DNA of 64,000 nt, from IMG/VR virus record IMGVR_UViG_3300028374_000006; one strand, written 5' to 3'. A program made the position numbers and the translations under genes. The DNA is from a virus (taxonomy: Duplodnaviria > Heunggongvirae > Uroviricota > Caudoviricetes). Of this stretch, positions 18,716-26,975 are shown in pieces. Every line of letters starts with the position of its first letter. Position 1 is the first letter of the stretch. The notes beneath the pieces are model-generated. The model ran no database searches and was not told the origin of the DNA. It saw only the letters and a list, made by a program, of their open reading frames with translations.

Positions 18716-21073
18716 ATGGCAACCAATCAGTACTCAGTCTTACCGCTCCGAAACACGGTTCTTTTCCCCCACGCGGTTGTTCCGATTGGAGTCGGACGCC
18801 CCAAAAGCGTGGCCCTACTCGAAGAAGTTATGGGTGGGGACAAACAGATGGTCTTGCTTTCGCAACGTGACGAAGACGTTGACGAGCCGACGCAAGACGA
18901 TCTTTACGAGATTGGTACCGTCTGTTCGGTCTTGAAAGTTATTTCACAGGATGGGACGTACACGGCCATCGTACAGGGCGAGCGACGCATCCGCTTGACT
19001 GATTTGGAAGACGACCCGGACAAGGGTTATTTTTTCGGACAGTTCGAAGAGGTAGAAGAGCGCCGCACCTTTGACGATGCGGAAGGGGCTTTGGTCAAGT
19101 CGCTCAAGGATACGGCGACCGAGGTTATCGAAAATAGCCCGGACATCCCCTCCGAGTCTATCCAACTCATTCAAAACATGGAGGATCCGTCACGCTTGGC
19201 GGATTTCATCACCACCCATGCCAGCTTGGACGTCGCTGAGAAGCAAGAATTTTTGAGCGAGTTCGACATCAACACGCGGCTGGAAGGGTGCATCCGCATC
19301 ATGACGGAGCAAATCGAAATCTCGAAGGTGTCCGAAAAAATCCGGGAACGGATTCGTGAGCAATCGGACAGCCAGCAGCGAGAATATTACCTCCGTCAAC
19401 AGTTGAAAGCGATCCAAGAACAGCTTGGGACTTTCAACGACGAGACCGACGAATTGGAAACCCGCATTGAAGAGGCGGGTATGCCCGAAGAAGCCTACGA
19501 GGCTGCGATGAAGCAGTTCAACCGGCTTTCGGGGATGCAACAATCGTCGTCGGAGTACAGCGTCACCCTGAACTATATCGAAACGCTCATTGAAGTCCCG
19601 TGGGATCGCAAGAGCGAAGATAGCCTCAATCTGACGCGGGCACAGGCAGTCCTCGACGACGACCATTACGGTTTGGAAAAGGTCAAGGACCGCATCATTG
19701 AGTACCTCGCTGTTCGCGGCCTCAAGGCCGATATGAAAGGGCCTATCCTGTGCCTCCACGGACCCCCCGGCGTTGGTAAAACTTCGCTAGGTCGGTCGAT
19801 CGCCCGTACCTTGGGCCGGAAGTTCCAGCGTATCAGCCTTGGTGGTGTTCACGACGAGTCCGAGATTCGCGGCCACCGTCGTACCTATGTCGGAGCGCTT
19901 CCGGGACGTATTGTCCAAGCGGTCACGAAAGCAGGCACGACGAACCCCGTGATTTTGCTTGACGAAATCGACAAGGTGGGGCGTGATTTCCGGGGCGACC
20001 CGAGTGCGGCCCTCTTGGAGGTGTTGGATCCTGAGCAAAACCACGCATTCAGCGACCACTATCTGGAAGTAGATCTCGACCTTTCCCAAGTGCTGTTTAT
20101 CGCTACGGCCAACGGTCTGGACACGATTTCCCCGCCGCTTCGCGACCGGATGGAAATCATCGACGTGCCTTCTTACACGTTGTACGAAAAGCAGCAGATT
20201 GCCCAGCGGTTCCTTATCCCGAAGCAAATCGAAGCGCACGGCATCAGCGAAGACAATATCGAATTCCCCGAGGACACGGTTCGATACGTGGTCGACAAGT
20301 ACACCCGCGAAGCCGGTGTGCGTAACCTTGAGCGTCGGTTCGCGGATCTTTGCCGTAGCGTAGCGGTCGAGGTTGCTAAATCCGATCCCGATGATAGGGC
20401 TGCCATTCATATCGAAGTGGATAACGATTTTGTCCAAGAGGCCCTTGGACCGGAGCGTTACCTTTCCGAAGTGGCCCAACGGGTTAACCGAGTGGGTGTG
20501 GCGACGGGACTGGCATGGACGCAAAGCGGTGGCGATATCCTGTTCATCGAAGCGCAAGAAATGCCCGGTAAAGGCGACCTGAAACTCACCGGCCAACTTG
20601 GCGATGTGATGAAAGAGTCGGTTCACGCTGCCCTTTCCTACATCCGAGCCAATTCCGAGAAGTTCGGTGTGGACGCTAATTTCAACGAGAAGAAGTCCGA
20701 CGTCCATATCCACGTCCCAGCGGGGGCTATCCCCAAGGATGGTCCTAGCGCCGGTATCACGATGTTCACGGCCCTTCTGAGCCGCCTCACGAACGTCAAA
20801 GTGCGCAAAGACGTTGCTATGACGGGTGAAATCACCCTGTCGGGTAATGTGCTTCCCGTGGGCGGTATCAAGGAGAAGATTATCGCGGCGCACCGTGCGG
20901 GAATCAAGACGATCGTCATGCCCGCTATTTGCAAGAAAGACCTTGTGGATGTGGACGAGCACGTGAAGGGTGATTTGGAATTCCACTTTGTGGATGACGT
21001 CGCCGAGCTTTTGCCGCTGGTTTTCGAAAAAGACCCGGTTGAAGCGGTGAAGGCTGCACCTGCCGCTGAGTAA
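18716..21073 (+). CDS. lon: ATP-dependent Lon protease
   Basis: Lon N-domain 'LPLRNTVLFPHAVVPI', Walker A 'GPPGVGKTS', catalytic 'PKDGPSAGITM'. Confidence 0.92.
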   Translation: MATNQYSVLPLRNTVLFPHAVVPIGVGRPKSVALLEEVMGGDKQMVLLSQRDEDVDEPTQDDLYEIGTVCSVLKVISQDGTYTAIVQGERRIRLTDLEDDPDKGYFFGQFEEVEERRTFDDAEGALVKSLKDTATEVIENSPDIPSESIQLIQNMEDPSRLADFITTHASLDVAEKQEFLSEFDINTRLEGCIRIMTEQIEISKVSEKIRERIREQSDSQQREYYLRQQLKAIQEQLGTFNDETDELETRIEEAGMPEEAYEAAMKQFNRLSGMQQSSSEYSVTLNYIETLIEVPWDRKSEDSLNLTRAQAVLDDDHYGLEKVKDRIIEYLAVRGLKADMKGPILCLHGPPGVGKTSLGRSIARTLGRKFQRISLGGVHDESEIRGHRRTYVGALPGRIVQAVTKAGTTNPVILLDEIDKVGRDFRGDPSAALLEVLDPEQNHAFSDHYLEVDLDLSQVLFIATANGLDTISPPLRDRMEIIDVPSYTLYEKQQIAQRFLIPKQIEAHGISEDNIEFPEDTVRYVVDKYTREAGVRNLERRFADLCRSVAVEVAKSDPDDRAAIHIEVDNDFVQEALGPERYLSEVAQRVNRVGVATGLAWTQSGGDILFIEAQEMPGKGDLKLTGQLGDVMKESVHAALSYIRANSEKFGVDANFNEKKSDVHIHVPAGAIPKDGPSAGITMFTALLSRLTNVKVRKDVAMTGEITLSGNVLPVGGIKEKIIAAHRAGIKTIVMPAICKKDLVDVDEHVKGDLEFHFVDDVAELLPLVFEKDPVEAVKAAPAAE

Positions 21074-21095
21074 TCGGCCCTTTTCATTCTTTGAC

Positions 21096-21130
21096 GCCCC
21101 TGATACTTTATGGTACAGGGGCGTTTGTGT
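21096..21130 (+). terminator. putative terminator hairpin after lon
   Basis: GCCCCTG...CAGGGGC stem with 13-nt loop followed by TTTGTGT. Confidence 0.4.
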
Positions 21131-21141
21131 AGGTACGATTT

Positions 21142-21441
21142 ATGGCCGAAATGCCCCCGGAAATGATGGTTCTATGCCCGTCTTGCATGGGCGAGAAAGT
21201 GGATTACGCCGAGTTGGAATCGGAAGAATGTTCCGAATGCGACGGTTTAGGTGAGTTGGAAGAGGTCCTATGCCCTACTTGCGAAGGTGAGGGGTGCCCC
21301 GCCTGTTTTGGTGAAGGCAAGCTCTACAACCTGCTTTGCCCGATGTGCGAAGGGGCCGGTATCAACGAATACCACCCCCAATGCCGAGCATGTCGAGGCA
21401 CCGGTTGGCGGCCTCATCCAGATTTTATGGAAGTAAAATAG
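21142..21441 (+). CDS. DnaJ-type zinc-finger protein (six CxxCxGxG repeats)
   Basis: CPSCMGEK, CSECDGLG, CPTCEGEG, CPACFGEG, CPMCEGAG, CRACRGTG. Confidence 0.7.
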   Translation: MAEMPPEMMVLCPSCMGEKVDYAELESEECSECDGLGELEEVLCPTCEGEGCPACFGEGKLYNLLCPMCEGAGINEYHPQCRACRGTGWRPHPDFMEVK

Positions 21442-21485
21442 TGATACGTATGTTAACGTACTAGATTCATTGTGGTATTCATTGA

Positions 21486-21560
21486 GCGCCCGTGGCTCAG
21501 TCAGGACAGAGCAGGAGGTTTCTACCCTCCGGGTCGCAGGTTCGAATCCTGCCGGGCGTG
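21486..21560 (+). tRNA. tRNA-Arg (anticodon UCU)
   Basis: Cloverleaf: acceptor GCGCCCG/CGGGCGU, anticodon loop UUUCUAC, T-arm GCAGGTTCGAATCCTGC. Confidence 0.8.
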
Positions 21561-21624
21561 CTACCGCTATCTAGCGGTGAGACGACGAACCCTTACGATA
21601 CTTATGACTACAAGAGAGGTACAG

Positions 21625-22362
21625 ATGTCGTCACAGAAACAAGAGTCGATGTTCACGAACATTCAGCAGCGGTTCATGGAGTTCCTCAACGACGGTGCCG
21701 ACGACGTGTTCGCCCCGTTGGAGGAACGTGAGCGGAGCCTCGACCGTCGCAAGGGCCATTTGGACAAGCGTGCAAACGAATTGTCCCAAAAGGAAAGCAA
21801 TCTCGATCGTCGGGAAAAGAGCCTTGTGGCACGCGAAGATGCTCTTCAGCGCATGGCTGGGCAGCTCGAAAAGAAGCTCGACCAGCACGAGTCCAACGTG
21901 CGTGACTTTCAAGCCACGTACAGCGATTTCCGGTCGTCATTCCGGGACTTCGACGAACAGGTGCGCGGTCTGGTTGCGCCCGAAGATGCCGAAGGTTCAC
22001 GTGTCGTGGTCCTCGACGACGCCCGTTCGGGTCAATTGTTTTCGAAAGAAAGCAAGGCCAAGTTCATCGAAGGCGACGATCTCTGTCCTCGTGAGCGTCA
22101 GGTCTACGCTTTCATCCAGAACTATTGCGATGAGAACAAGACCCACGGGGTCTGCGACCTGACCAACCGTGAGTTGCACCGGATGATGGACTATACGATC
22201 CCCGAAGGGACCATCACCAGCGTCATCTGTACCCTCAACAAAGAGGGTGTGCTTGCGAGCAACAAGGTCGTCATTGACGGCAAAAGGCGTCGTGAGGTCG
22301 TGTTGAATTACCGGCTTCGCAACCCGGAACAGTTCATCGAAAGCGCCCGCAATTCCGCCTGA
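21625..22362 (+). CDS. coiled-coil protein with C-terminal winged-helix-like domain (paralog A)
   Basis: GAGAGG RBS. The C-terminus 'CTLNKEGVLASNKVVIDGKRRREVVLNYRLRNPEQF' is paralogous to the next gene. The ORF-track N-terminus (21472) overlaps tRNA-Arg and is rejected. Confidence 0.6.
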   Translation: MSSQKQESMFTNIQQRFMEFLNDGADDVFAPLEERERSLDRRKGHLDKRANELSQKESNLDRREKSLVAREDALQRMAGQLEKKLDQHESNVRDFQATYSDFRSSFRDFDEQVRGLVAPEDAEGSRVVVLDDARSGQLFSKESKAKFIEGDDLCPRERQVYAFIQNYCDENKTHGVCDLTNRELHRMMDYTIPEGTITSVICTLNKEGVLASNKVVIDGKRRREVVLNYRLRNPEQFIESARNSA

Positions 22363-22374
22363 ATCGAGGACCGC

Positions 22375-22926
22375 ATGGCTTCCGACGTTCAAGACCTGAA
22401 GCGTAAATTCAAGGCTCAACTGGCGTCCGTAGTGGACGAGATGTTCGAAGCCCTTGAGACATGCGCATCCGACCTTGAACGTCGGGAAGCCGAACTCCTT
22501 GAGCGTGAAGTTCTTGTCGAAGATTTCCAGCAAGAGCTAGAAGCCCTCAGAAGCGACTTAGAGGCGACGGACAATCACGCACGGTATAGCACCCCCGAAA
22601 CCTATGCGGTGGACGGAGACACGTTCCTAGCGGCCTCAGAATTACCGGAACGTGAGCGGCATATCCTAGCGACCTTGCAGGTTATGTCTAAGCGTGATGA
22701 ACAGGGCCGGTGGTCCGTAGTAGTATCAACCAAGGAGTTGATGCGGGCTGCCAGCACGAACTTTGACCCGGTGACGAGGGGCGCGGCCTCAGCTTGCTTG
22801 ACCCGCCTCACCCACAAAGGGTTGATCGCTACTGAATCTTTGAACGGGCAGGGGTATCCCCGCCGTATCGTTTTGAAGGTTCGGTTAGAAAGCCCACAGG
22901 AATTCACGTCGTATACGCCCGGATAG
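22375..22926 (+). CDS. coiled-coil protein with C-terminal winged-helix-like domain (paralog B)
   Basis: C-terminus 'CLTRLTHKGLIATESLNGQGYPRRIVLKVRLESPQEF'. The 3' end overlaps tRNA-Thr by ~10 nt. Confidence 0.6.
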   Translation: MASDVQDLKRKFKAQLASVVDEMFEALETCASDLERREAELLEREVLVEDFQQELEALRSDLEATDNHARYSTPETYAVDGDTFLAASELPERERHILATLQVMSKRDEQGRWSVVVSTKELMRAASTNFDPVTRGAASACLTRLTHKGLIATESLNGQGYPRRIVLKVRLESPQEFTSYTPG

Positions 22927-22989
22927 CTCAGTTGGCAGAGCATTTCATTCGTAACGAAAAGGTCGCCGGTTCGAATCCGGCTCCGGGCT
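22917..22989 (+). tRNA. tRNA-Thr (anticodon CGU)
   Basis: Acceptor GCCCGGA/UCCGGGC, anticodon loop UUCGUAA, T-arm GCCGGTTCGAATCCGGC. Confidence 0.8.
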
Positions 22990-23005
22990 TTTAGGGTAGG
23001 CAATT

Positions 23006-23152
23006 ATGTCCTCTGAGAAAGTGTGTCCCGACTGTGATCGCCCCTTTGGGAGTGTTGAGCCTCCCAAAACGCTGTATCCTTATTGGATCTCATGTGCGAC
23101 TTGCAATCAGATTTACGTGAATGTGGAGCCGGGAAAGGTCGAAAATGAGTGA
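23006..23152 (+). CDS. small zinc-ribbon protein (48 aa)
   Basis: MSSEKVCPDCDRPF...CATCNQ. CxxC...CxxC; absent from the ORF track because under 60 aa. Confidence 0.4.
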   Translation: MSSEKVCPDCDRPFGSVEPPKTLYPYWISCATCNQIYVNVEPGKVENE

Positions 23153-23348
23153 TCTCGAATTGACCGAAGAAGAACAGGCCGAAGCCGACGAACAAGTCCG
23201 TAAGATCAACGAATGGCTCCAGTCCGATAAGGGTAAGGAGTCTGTGCGTAGGGCCAGCGAAAAGTCCCGGCAGAGCCGCCTTGAAAGGGCACGCAAACGC
23301 CGTGATCGTCAGAACAAAGCTATTGCGGCCATGCGGAGCTTGACGTGA
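23145..23348 (+). CDS. hypothetical acidic/basic small protein
   Basis: ATG overlaps the upstream stop; MSDLELTEEEQAE... Confidence 0.45.
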   Translation: MSDLELTEEEQAEADEQVRKINEWLQSDKGKESVRRASEKSRQSRLERARKRRDRQNKAIAAMRSLT

Positions 23349-23647
23349 GGTATTGCCGGATTCTGTTTACCCCGAGCCATTTCGAGGGCGTGGAATTCCC
23401 CCTTGGTGTGTTGCTTGAAAACGACGCGGGTGCTGTGATCCCTGTCCGGGCGTCGAAGTATCCCAGCAAGAAGTTTCTAGGCCCCCGGTGTTACATCTTG
23501 CTACGCGCCCTGTTGGAAGATTTTGATAAGGCCACGGCTTTATCTAGTATGTCGAATCGAAGCCCCCATGCGTGGGCCGAAGAGACAAAAGAGGTTCCCG
23601 AACACGAGGACGACCCGGTTAAATGGGTTCGTCGCTGTTTACCCTAA
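23345..23647 (+). CDS. hypothetical protein
   Basis: ORF, overlapping start. Confidence 0.45.
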   Translation: MRYCRILFTPSHFEGVEFPLGVLLENDAGAVIPVRASKYPSKKFLGPRCYILLRALLEDFDKATALSSMSNRSPHAWAEETKEVPEHEDDPVKWVRRCLP

Positions 23648-23658
23648 CTAGGAACATT

Positions 23659-23856
23659 ATGATGACGAAAGAAGAAGTACAGCGGGTGCATGATCAGTTC
23701 GTAAAATACAACAATGCCCTTGACGACACGCCGGATGCAAAGCTCTTGGAAGCCTACAAGGCATGTCCCGGCTTGATGGGTTACATCCGGGGGTCGAAAG
23801 GGTTGTTTGCGGCTATTTGCAAGGCTTACGATATCGAGCCGCAATTTGCGTATTGA
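23659..23856 (+). CDS. hypothetical small protein
   Basis: ATG after an AGGAAC RBS-like sequence. Confidence 0.45.
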   Translation: MMTKEEVQRVHDQFVKYNNALDDTPDAKLLEAYKACPGLMGYIRGSKGLFAAICKAYDIEPQFAY

Positions 23857-23881
23857 CGTAGCGATACGTATCTGATAGTAT
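23853..23881 (+). promoter_or_regulatory. sigma70-like promoter TTGACG-17-TAGTAT driving tRNA-His
   Basis: -35/-10 with 17-nt spacer ending 11 nt before the tRNA; the spacer contains the recurring GATACGTAT motif. Confidence 0.6.
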
Positions 23882-23891
23882 CAAGATGTAT

Positions 23892-23968
23892 GGTGCCTGT
23901 GGCGGAATTGGTAGACGCGCCGCACTGTGACTGCGGTTTTACTGCGGGTTCAAGTCCCGTCAGGCACC
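23892..23968 (+). tRNA. tRNA-His (anticodon GUG) with encoded G-1
   Basis: Acceptor GUGCCUG/CAGGCAC with extra 5' G opposite C73, anticodon loop CUGUGAC, T-arm GCGGGTTCAAGTCCCGT; the variable region is an unusual 7 nt. Confidence 0.65.
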
Positions 23969-23982
23969 CTTTAGGAGACAGT

Positions 23983-24282
23983 ATGTCGTTTTTCAAGCGG
24001 ATCTTGGGCTTAGGCAACGGACCAGAGCAACGTGTGGTTCCTGTCAAGCCCAAGACCATACCTATTGATCTGGACAATTTGCCTCGTGGTATTTACACCA
24101 TCGGCAACCAGAATCTTTTTGTTGAGGGTACCGCTAAGTATGGGAGCGATGAGGTCGTTATTTTCCGGCCTATCCGAACCGAAGATTGGCGAGTGATGGA
24201 AATCATCGAATTCGCAACGTCTTACCTGTACACCGAAACGGATGTGGTCATAAACCAAGTTCAGACTAACCGGGCATTTTGA
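23983..24282 (+). CDS. hypothetical protein
   Basis: AGGAGA RBS + ATG 23983; the ORF-track N-terminus overlaps the tRNA and is rejected. Confidence 0.55.
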   Translation: MSFFKRILGLGNGPEQRVVPVKPKTIPIDLDNLPRGIYTIGNQNLFVEGTAKYGSDEVVIFRPIRTEDWRVMEIIEFATSYLYTETDVVINQVQTNRAF

Positions 24283-24537
24283 ATGTTGAAGTTCGCAGAG
24301 TACGAAAAGGTCGAAGGTCTGAAAAAGTGCAAGAAAAAGGCCCCGGCCCACGCCAAGAAGATCAACGAGCCTTTCAGTGTCGTGACGATGGAGGGCACTA
24401 TGACGGGCAAGGCCGGTGATTTTTTGATGCGGGGCGTTAAGGGTGAACTTTACGTCTGTGATGCTGAGATCTTCGAAGAAACTTACGAGTTCACCGGGCC
24501 GCTGGGTTTTGTCGAGATTGACCCTAATGACTACTGA
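24283..24537 (+). CDS. hypothetical protein
   Basis: ORF. Confidence 0.5.
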   Translation: MLKFAEYEKVEGLKKCKKKAPAHAKKINEPFSVVTMEGTMTGKAGDFLMRGVKGELYVCDAEIFEETYEFTGPLGFVEIDPNDY

Positions 24538-24763
24538 AGCAAGTCGCTACACCTATGTGATCAAGCATGATGAGGACGAGGGCTATTTCATTGGCTTTTG
24601 TCTGGAGTTCCCTCTGTTGTCCGCAGATGGACTTACAGTCGAGCAGGCGTATGCGGCGATCGAAGAAGTTGTTTTTTGCGCGATACAAGATTCAGTAACA
24701 GACGGGGATTCTTACCCGGCACCCCTGTCGGTTGATGAGGTCCTCGCAGAGTTGCACGCATGA
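24527..24763 (+). CDS. HicB-like (UPF0150) antitoxin-fold protein
   Basis: 'YTYVIKHDEDEGYFIGFCLEFPLLSADGLTVEQAYAAIEEVVFCAI' matches the HicB N-domain pattern. Confidence 0.6.
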   Translation: MTTEASRYTYVIKHDEDEGYFIGFCLEFPLLSADGLTVEQAYAAIEEVVFCAIQDSVTDGDSYPAPLSVDEVLAELHA

Positions 24764-24927
24764 TGCCCCTTTTACCTTTCAAGCAGATCGAAGCCTCCGA
24801 TACTGGCTACAGTGCTCTGGAGCCAATGGCGTTTACTGTTGTAAGCATCATGGTCTTTTTCTTAGCTGTCATGGTGTTGGTGATGCTGATCGCCCTTGTT
24901 TATGCCTTTTGGCGGGGCGATCAATGA
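24760..24927 (+). CDS. small single-TM membrane protein (holin-like, 55 aa)
   Basis: Hydrophobic 'FTVVSIMVFFLAVMVLVMLIALVYAFW'; ATGA overlaps on both sides. Confidence 0.45.
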   Translation: MMPLLPFKQIEASDTGYSALEPMAFTVVSIMVFFLAVMVLVMLIALVYAFWRGDQ

Positions 24928-25136
24928 AAACCCTTATTTTTCATATCGCTCGATGCGTCGGCTTCTTGATATTCATCATGGTGTTTGTCCTGTTGATGGC
25001 GCACCGGTATGATTACCCTTCCCTGTCGACATTTTCCTATCTGGTTGAAAACTGGTGGGTGGTTGCATGGGGTGACTTCCTCATGGTACTATCGGCGATA
25101 CTTATCGGTGCCGAAGATTTACAGGAAATGCTATGA
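24924..25136 (+). CDS. small two-TM membrane protein (holin-like, 70 aa)
   Basis: Two hydrophobic segments (LIFHIARCVGFLIFIMVFVLLMA; WWVVAWGDFLMVLSAILIGA). Confidence 0.5.
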   Translation: MKTLIFHIARCVGFLIFIMVFVLLMAHRYDYPSLSTFSYLVENWWVVAWGDFLMVLSAILIGAEDLQEML

Positions 25137-25384
25137 CGGCTATGGACGACTTGCTTGAATTCGCTACAGAGTACGTAGAAGAAGCGGGCGGTTCGATAGA
25201 TGAGGTCGAAGTCTCCAAGGCTGTAACTTTGCAATCCCTCCTTGACCTTACAGGCTATACGTGTTTACGTACTGAGCGCAGTAAGTTGGGGTACGAGATT
25301 TTCGAATATCAAGCGCCGGAAGGGGATGAGAAAGTCCTTTTGATGCTTGACGTCATGACTGGTAATTGGATATCGGTCATATAG
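25133..25384 (+). CDS. hypothetical acidic protein
   Basis: ORF with overlapping start. Confidence 0.45.
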   Translation: MTAMDDLLEFATEYVEEAGGSIDEVEVSKAVTLQSLLDLTGYTCLRTERSKLGYEIFEYQAPEGDEKVLLMLDVMTGNWISVI

Positions 25385-25427
25385 TCGGGAATGAGCAACA
25401 GGTATTCTGTTGTTGTCCCCAAAGCAC

Positions 25428-25501
25428 GCCCACGTAGCTCAGTCTGGCAGAGCGGCTACCTTGTAAGTAGCTGGTCGGCGGTTCGAATCCGTCCGTGGGC
25501 T
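25428..25501 (+). tRNA. tRNA-Thr (anticodon UGU)
   Basis: Acceptor GCCCACG/CGUGGGC, anticodon loop CUUGUAA, T-arm GGCGGTTCGAATCCGTC. Confidence 0.85.
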
Positions 25502-25505
25502 TGAG

Positions 25506-25766
25506 GTGAGTATGGACGATCTGAAAAACAAGATAATGCGTGACCCCGTAGGTAGGGAAGCGCTGCGTAAAGCACCCCGAATCAAAGGGGATTTACCTAT
25601 CTTGATCGTACTTACTGACGGGTCTAAGCACTGGTTTCGCCGGGCACGCTCGACGAACCAAGATTTCGACAAGTACGTGTTATTCGATGAGAACGGCGCG
25701 GAACTTGTTGATCTTTCCGCAGAGGCCCAATTGGAAGAGGAACTCGCAGCCTTGACCAAAGAATAG
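25506..25766 (+). CDS. hypothetical protein
   Basis: ORF between two tRNAs; GTG 25506 or ATG 25512. Confidence 0.45.
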   Translation: MSMDDLKNKIMRDPVGREALRKAPRIKGDLPILIVLTDGSKHWFRRARSTNQDFDKYVLFDENGAELVDLSAEAQLEEELAALTKE

Positions 25767-25773
25767 CTTTTAA

Positions 25774-25857
25774 GCCGAAGTGATGGAATTGGTAGACTTG
25801 CCTGATTCAAAATCAGGTGGCCTTCGGGTCGTGTGGGTTCGACTCCCACCTTCGGCA
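25774..25857 (+). tRNA. tRNA-Leu (anticodon CAA), class II
   Basis: Acceptor GCCGAAG/CUUCGGC, D-arm GGAATTGGTAGA, anticodon loop UUCAAAA, long variable arm, T-arm GTGGGTTCGACTCCCAC. Confidence 0.85.
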
Positions 25858-25867
25858 CTTATCCCCT

Positions 25868-26374
25868 ATGAAAAAGATCCTTACATTCAACGTTTTCAGG
25901 GCACTCCGTGATCTCCCCCGAATGAAAGAGGCCGGTACGGACTATGCTCTGGTGGAGTTTGTTTCCCCACCTTCCGAACCACTGTGGGCTATCTTCGAAG
26001 AGGATAACCCGCGCCACGAGTTCTTTTGCTTTGACGACGTGACGTCCCCGTGGGCCGTCTCCACGGCTTCTTTGGCCGGGTACCAAGCGCCAACCGATGA
26101 CGATATCCAAAGGCTTCTCGATGCGTCTGATACGCTCCTAGAGGCTGAGTACGTCTATTGTCATTGTGAAGCGGGTATCAGCCGGTCTACGGCTGCAGCT
26201 TACATCCTCCATTGTATTGATCTAGGTCCGGGCCTGCGCCGGGAAGTATGGTGCAGAGGTCCAAAATGGTCGCATGGATCCTTTGGATGTGGAAACAATA
26301 GACCCGTCGTACACGACGTTAAAAGATCAAAATTAAGCCCCCGTGGCCCAAATGGAATGAGGCACGGCACTTAA
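25868..26374 (+). CDS. CX5R protein tyrosine / dual-specificity phosphatase
   Basis: 'VYCHCEAGISRSTAAAYI' (HCxxGxxRS) active site. The 3' tail overlaps the next tRNA, so the true stop is uncertain. Confidence 0.7.
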   Translation: MKKILTFNVFRALRDLPRMKEAGTDYALVEFVSPPSEPLWAIFEEDNPRHEFFCFDDVTSPWAVSTASLAGYQAPTDDDIQRLLDASDTLLEAEYVYCHCEAGISRSTAAAYILHCIDLGPGLRREVWCRGPKWSHGSFGCGNNRPVVHDVKRSKLSPRGPNGMRHGT

Positions 26375-26413
26375 AATGCCGGTTAGTTGTGGGTTCGAGT
26401 CCCACCGGGGGTA
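26337..26413 (+). tRNA. atypical tRNA, anticodon UAA (Leu-type) with class-I architecture, A73
   Basis: Acceptor GCCCCCG/CGGGGGU, anticodon stem CGGCA/UGCCG, loop CUUAAAA, only 7-nt variable region, T-arm GTGGGTTCGAGTCCCAC. Confidence 0.6.
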
Positions 26414-26434
26414 CTTGAATACTGGAGTTACGGC

Positions 26435-26650
26435 ATGTCTGAATATAAGCCCGCCATACATCCGAAGACTTTAATCAAAGCCGCTCGGAGAAAGTATGAA
26501 AAAGAACCCCCACAACACCCAATAGTGGTTTCGGGGTACTCTGCACTTTTACTAAAGAATTTTACTCCTAAATTAAGGCAAGTGATCACGGAAGTTGCAA
26601 ACGAAGCAAGAGATCTCACTCTTGTTTACGAGGAAGGCACTTACGAGTGA
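26435..26650 (+). CDS. hypothetical small protein
   Basis: CTGGAG RBS + ATG 26435; the upstream ORF-track extension overlaps the tRNA. Confidence 0.45.
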   Translation: MSEYKPAIHPKTLIKAARRKYEKEPPQHPIVVSGYSALLLKNFTPKLRQVITEVANEARDLTLVYEEGTYE

Positions 26651-26720
26651 GATCGGGCCTTTGGGGACATTTACAATAAGCATTATCAAGCGATAATGAA
26701 TCCAACAGAAAGGGACAGAA

Positions 26721-26975
26721 ATGCCGGATAACTATTCGATGGACATTGAATTTTACGATGATGAGGATACAGCCGGGTCAGATCACCCATTCGAATTTCA
26801 CGAATTTTCGCACCCTGTTCCCGTACCGAATGTGTCGGAAGAAGTGGTTGTAGGGGGACGGGGCGAAGATTTTAGTATGGTTAGGGGTACTATTAAGCGT
26901 CGTAAGTTCATGTATTACAGCGTCGATAGTAAATTGCGTGTGATGCTTTACTTGACCGGGGTTGAAAATGCGTGA
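26721..26975 (+). CDS. hypothetical protein
   Basis: ORF. Confidence 0.45.
   Translation: MPDNYSMDIEFYDDEDTAGSDHPFEFHEFSHPVPVPNVSEEVVVGGRGEDFSMVRGTIKRRKFMYYSVDSKLRVMLYLTGVENA

Noticed and set aside
19787-20986. 399-aa minus-strand ORF (and 19190..19759, 20638..21087) inside the lon gene
   Set aside because: They are antisense shadows of a high-GC, motif-rich sense gene. They have no motifs or RBS and would oppose the uniform + strand array.
25439-25858. Minus-strand 139-aa ORF spanning tRNA-Thr and tRNA-Leu; similar cases at 45211..45418, 43866..44084, 21472..21600, 45993..46022
   Set aside because: These overlap well-formed tRNA cloverleafs; they are artefacts of the open reading frame over structured RNA genes.
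26337-26413. Idea that the UAA/UAG-anticodon tRNAs are nonsense suppressors
   Set aside because: Anticodon 5'-UAA-3' pairs with the codon UUA and 5'-UAG-3' with CUA; both are Leu codons. Stop-codon suppressors would need UUA/CUA/UCA anticodons.
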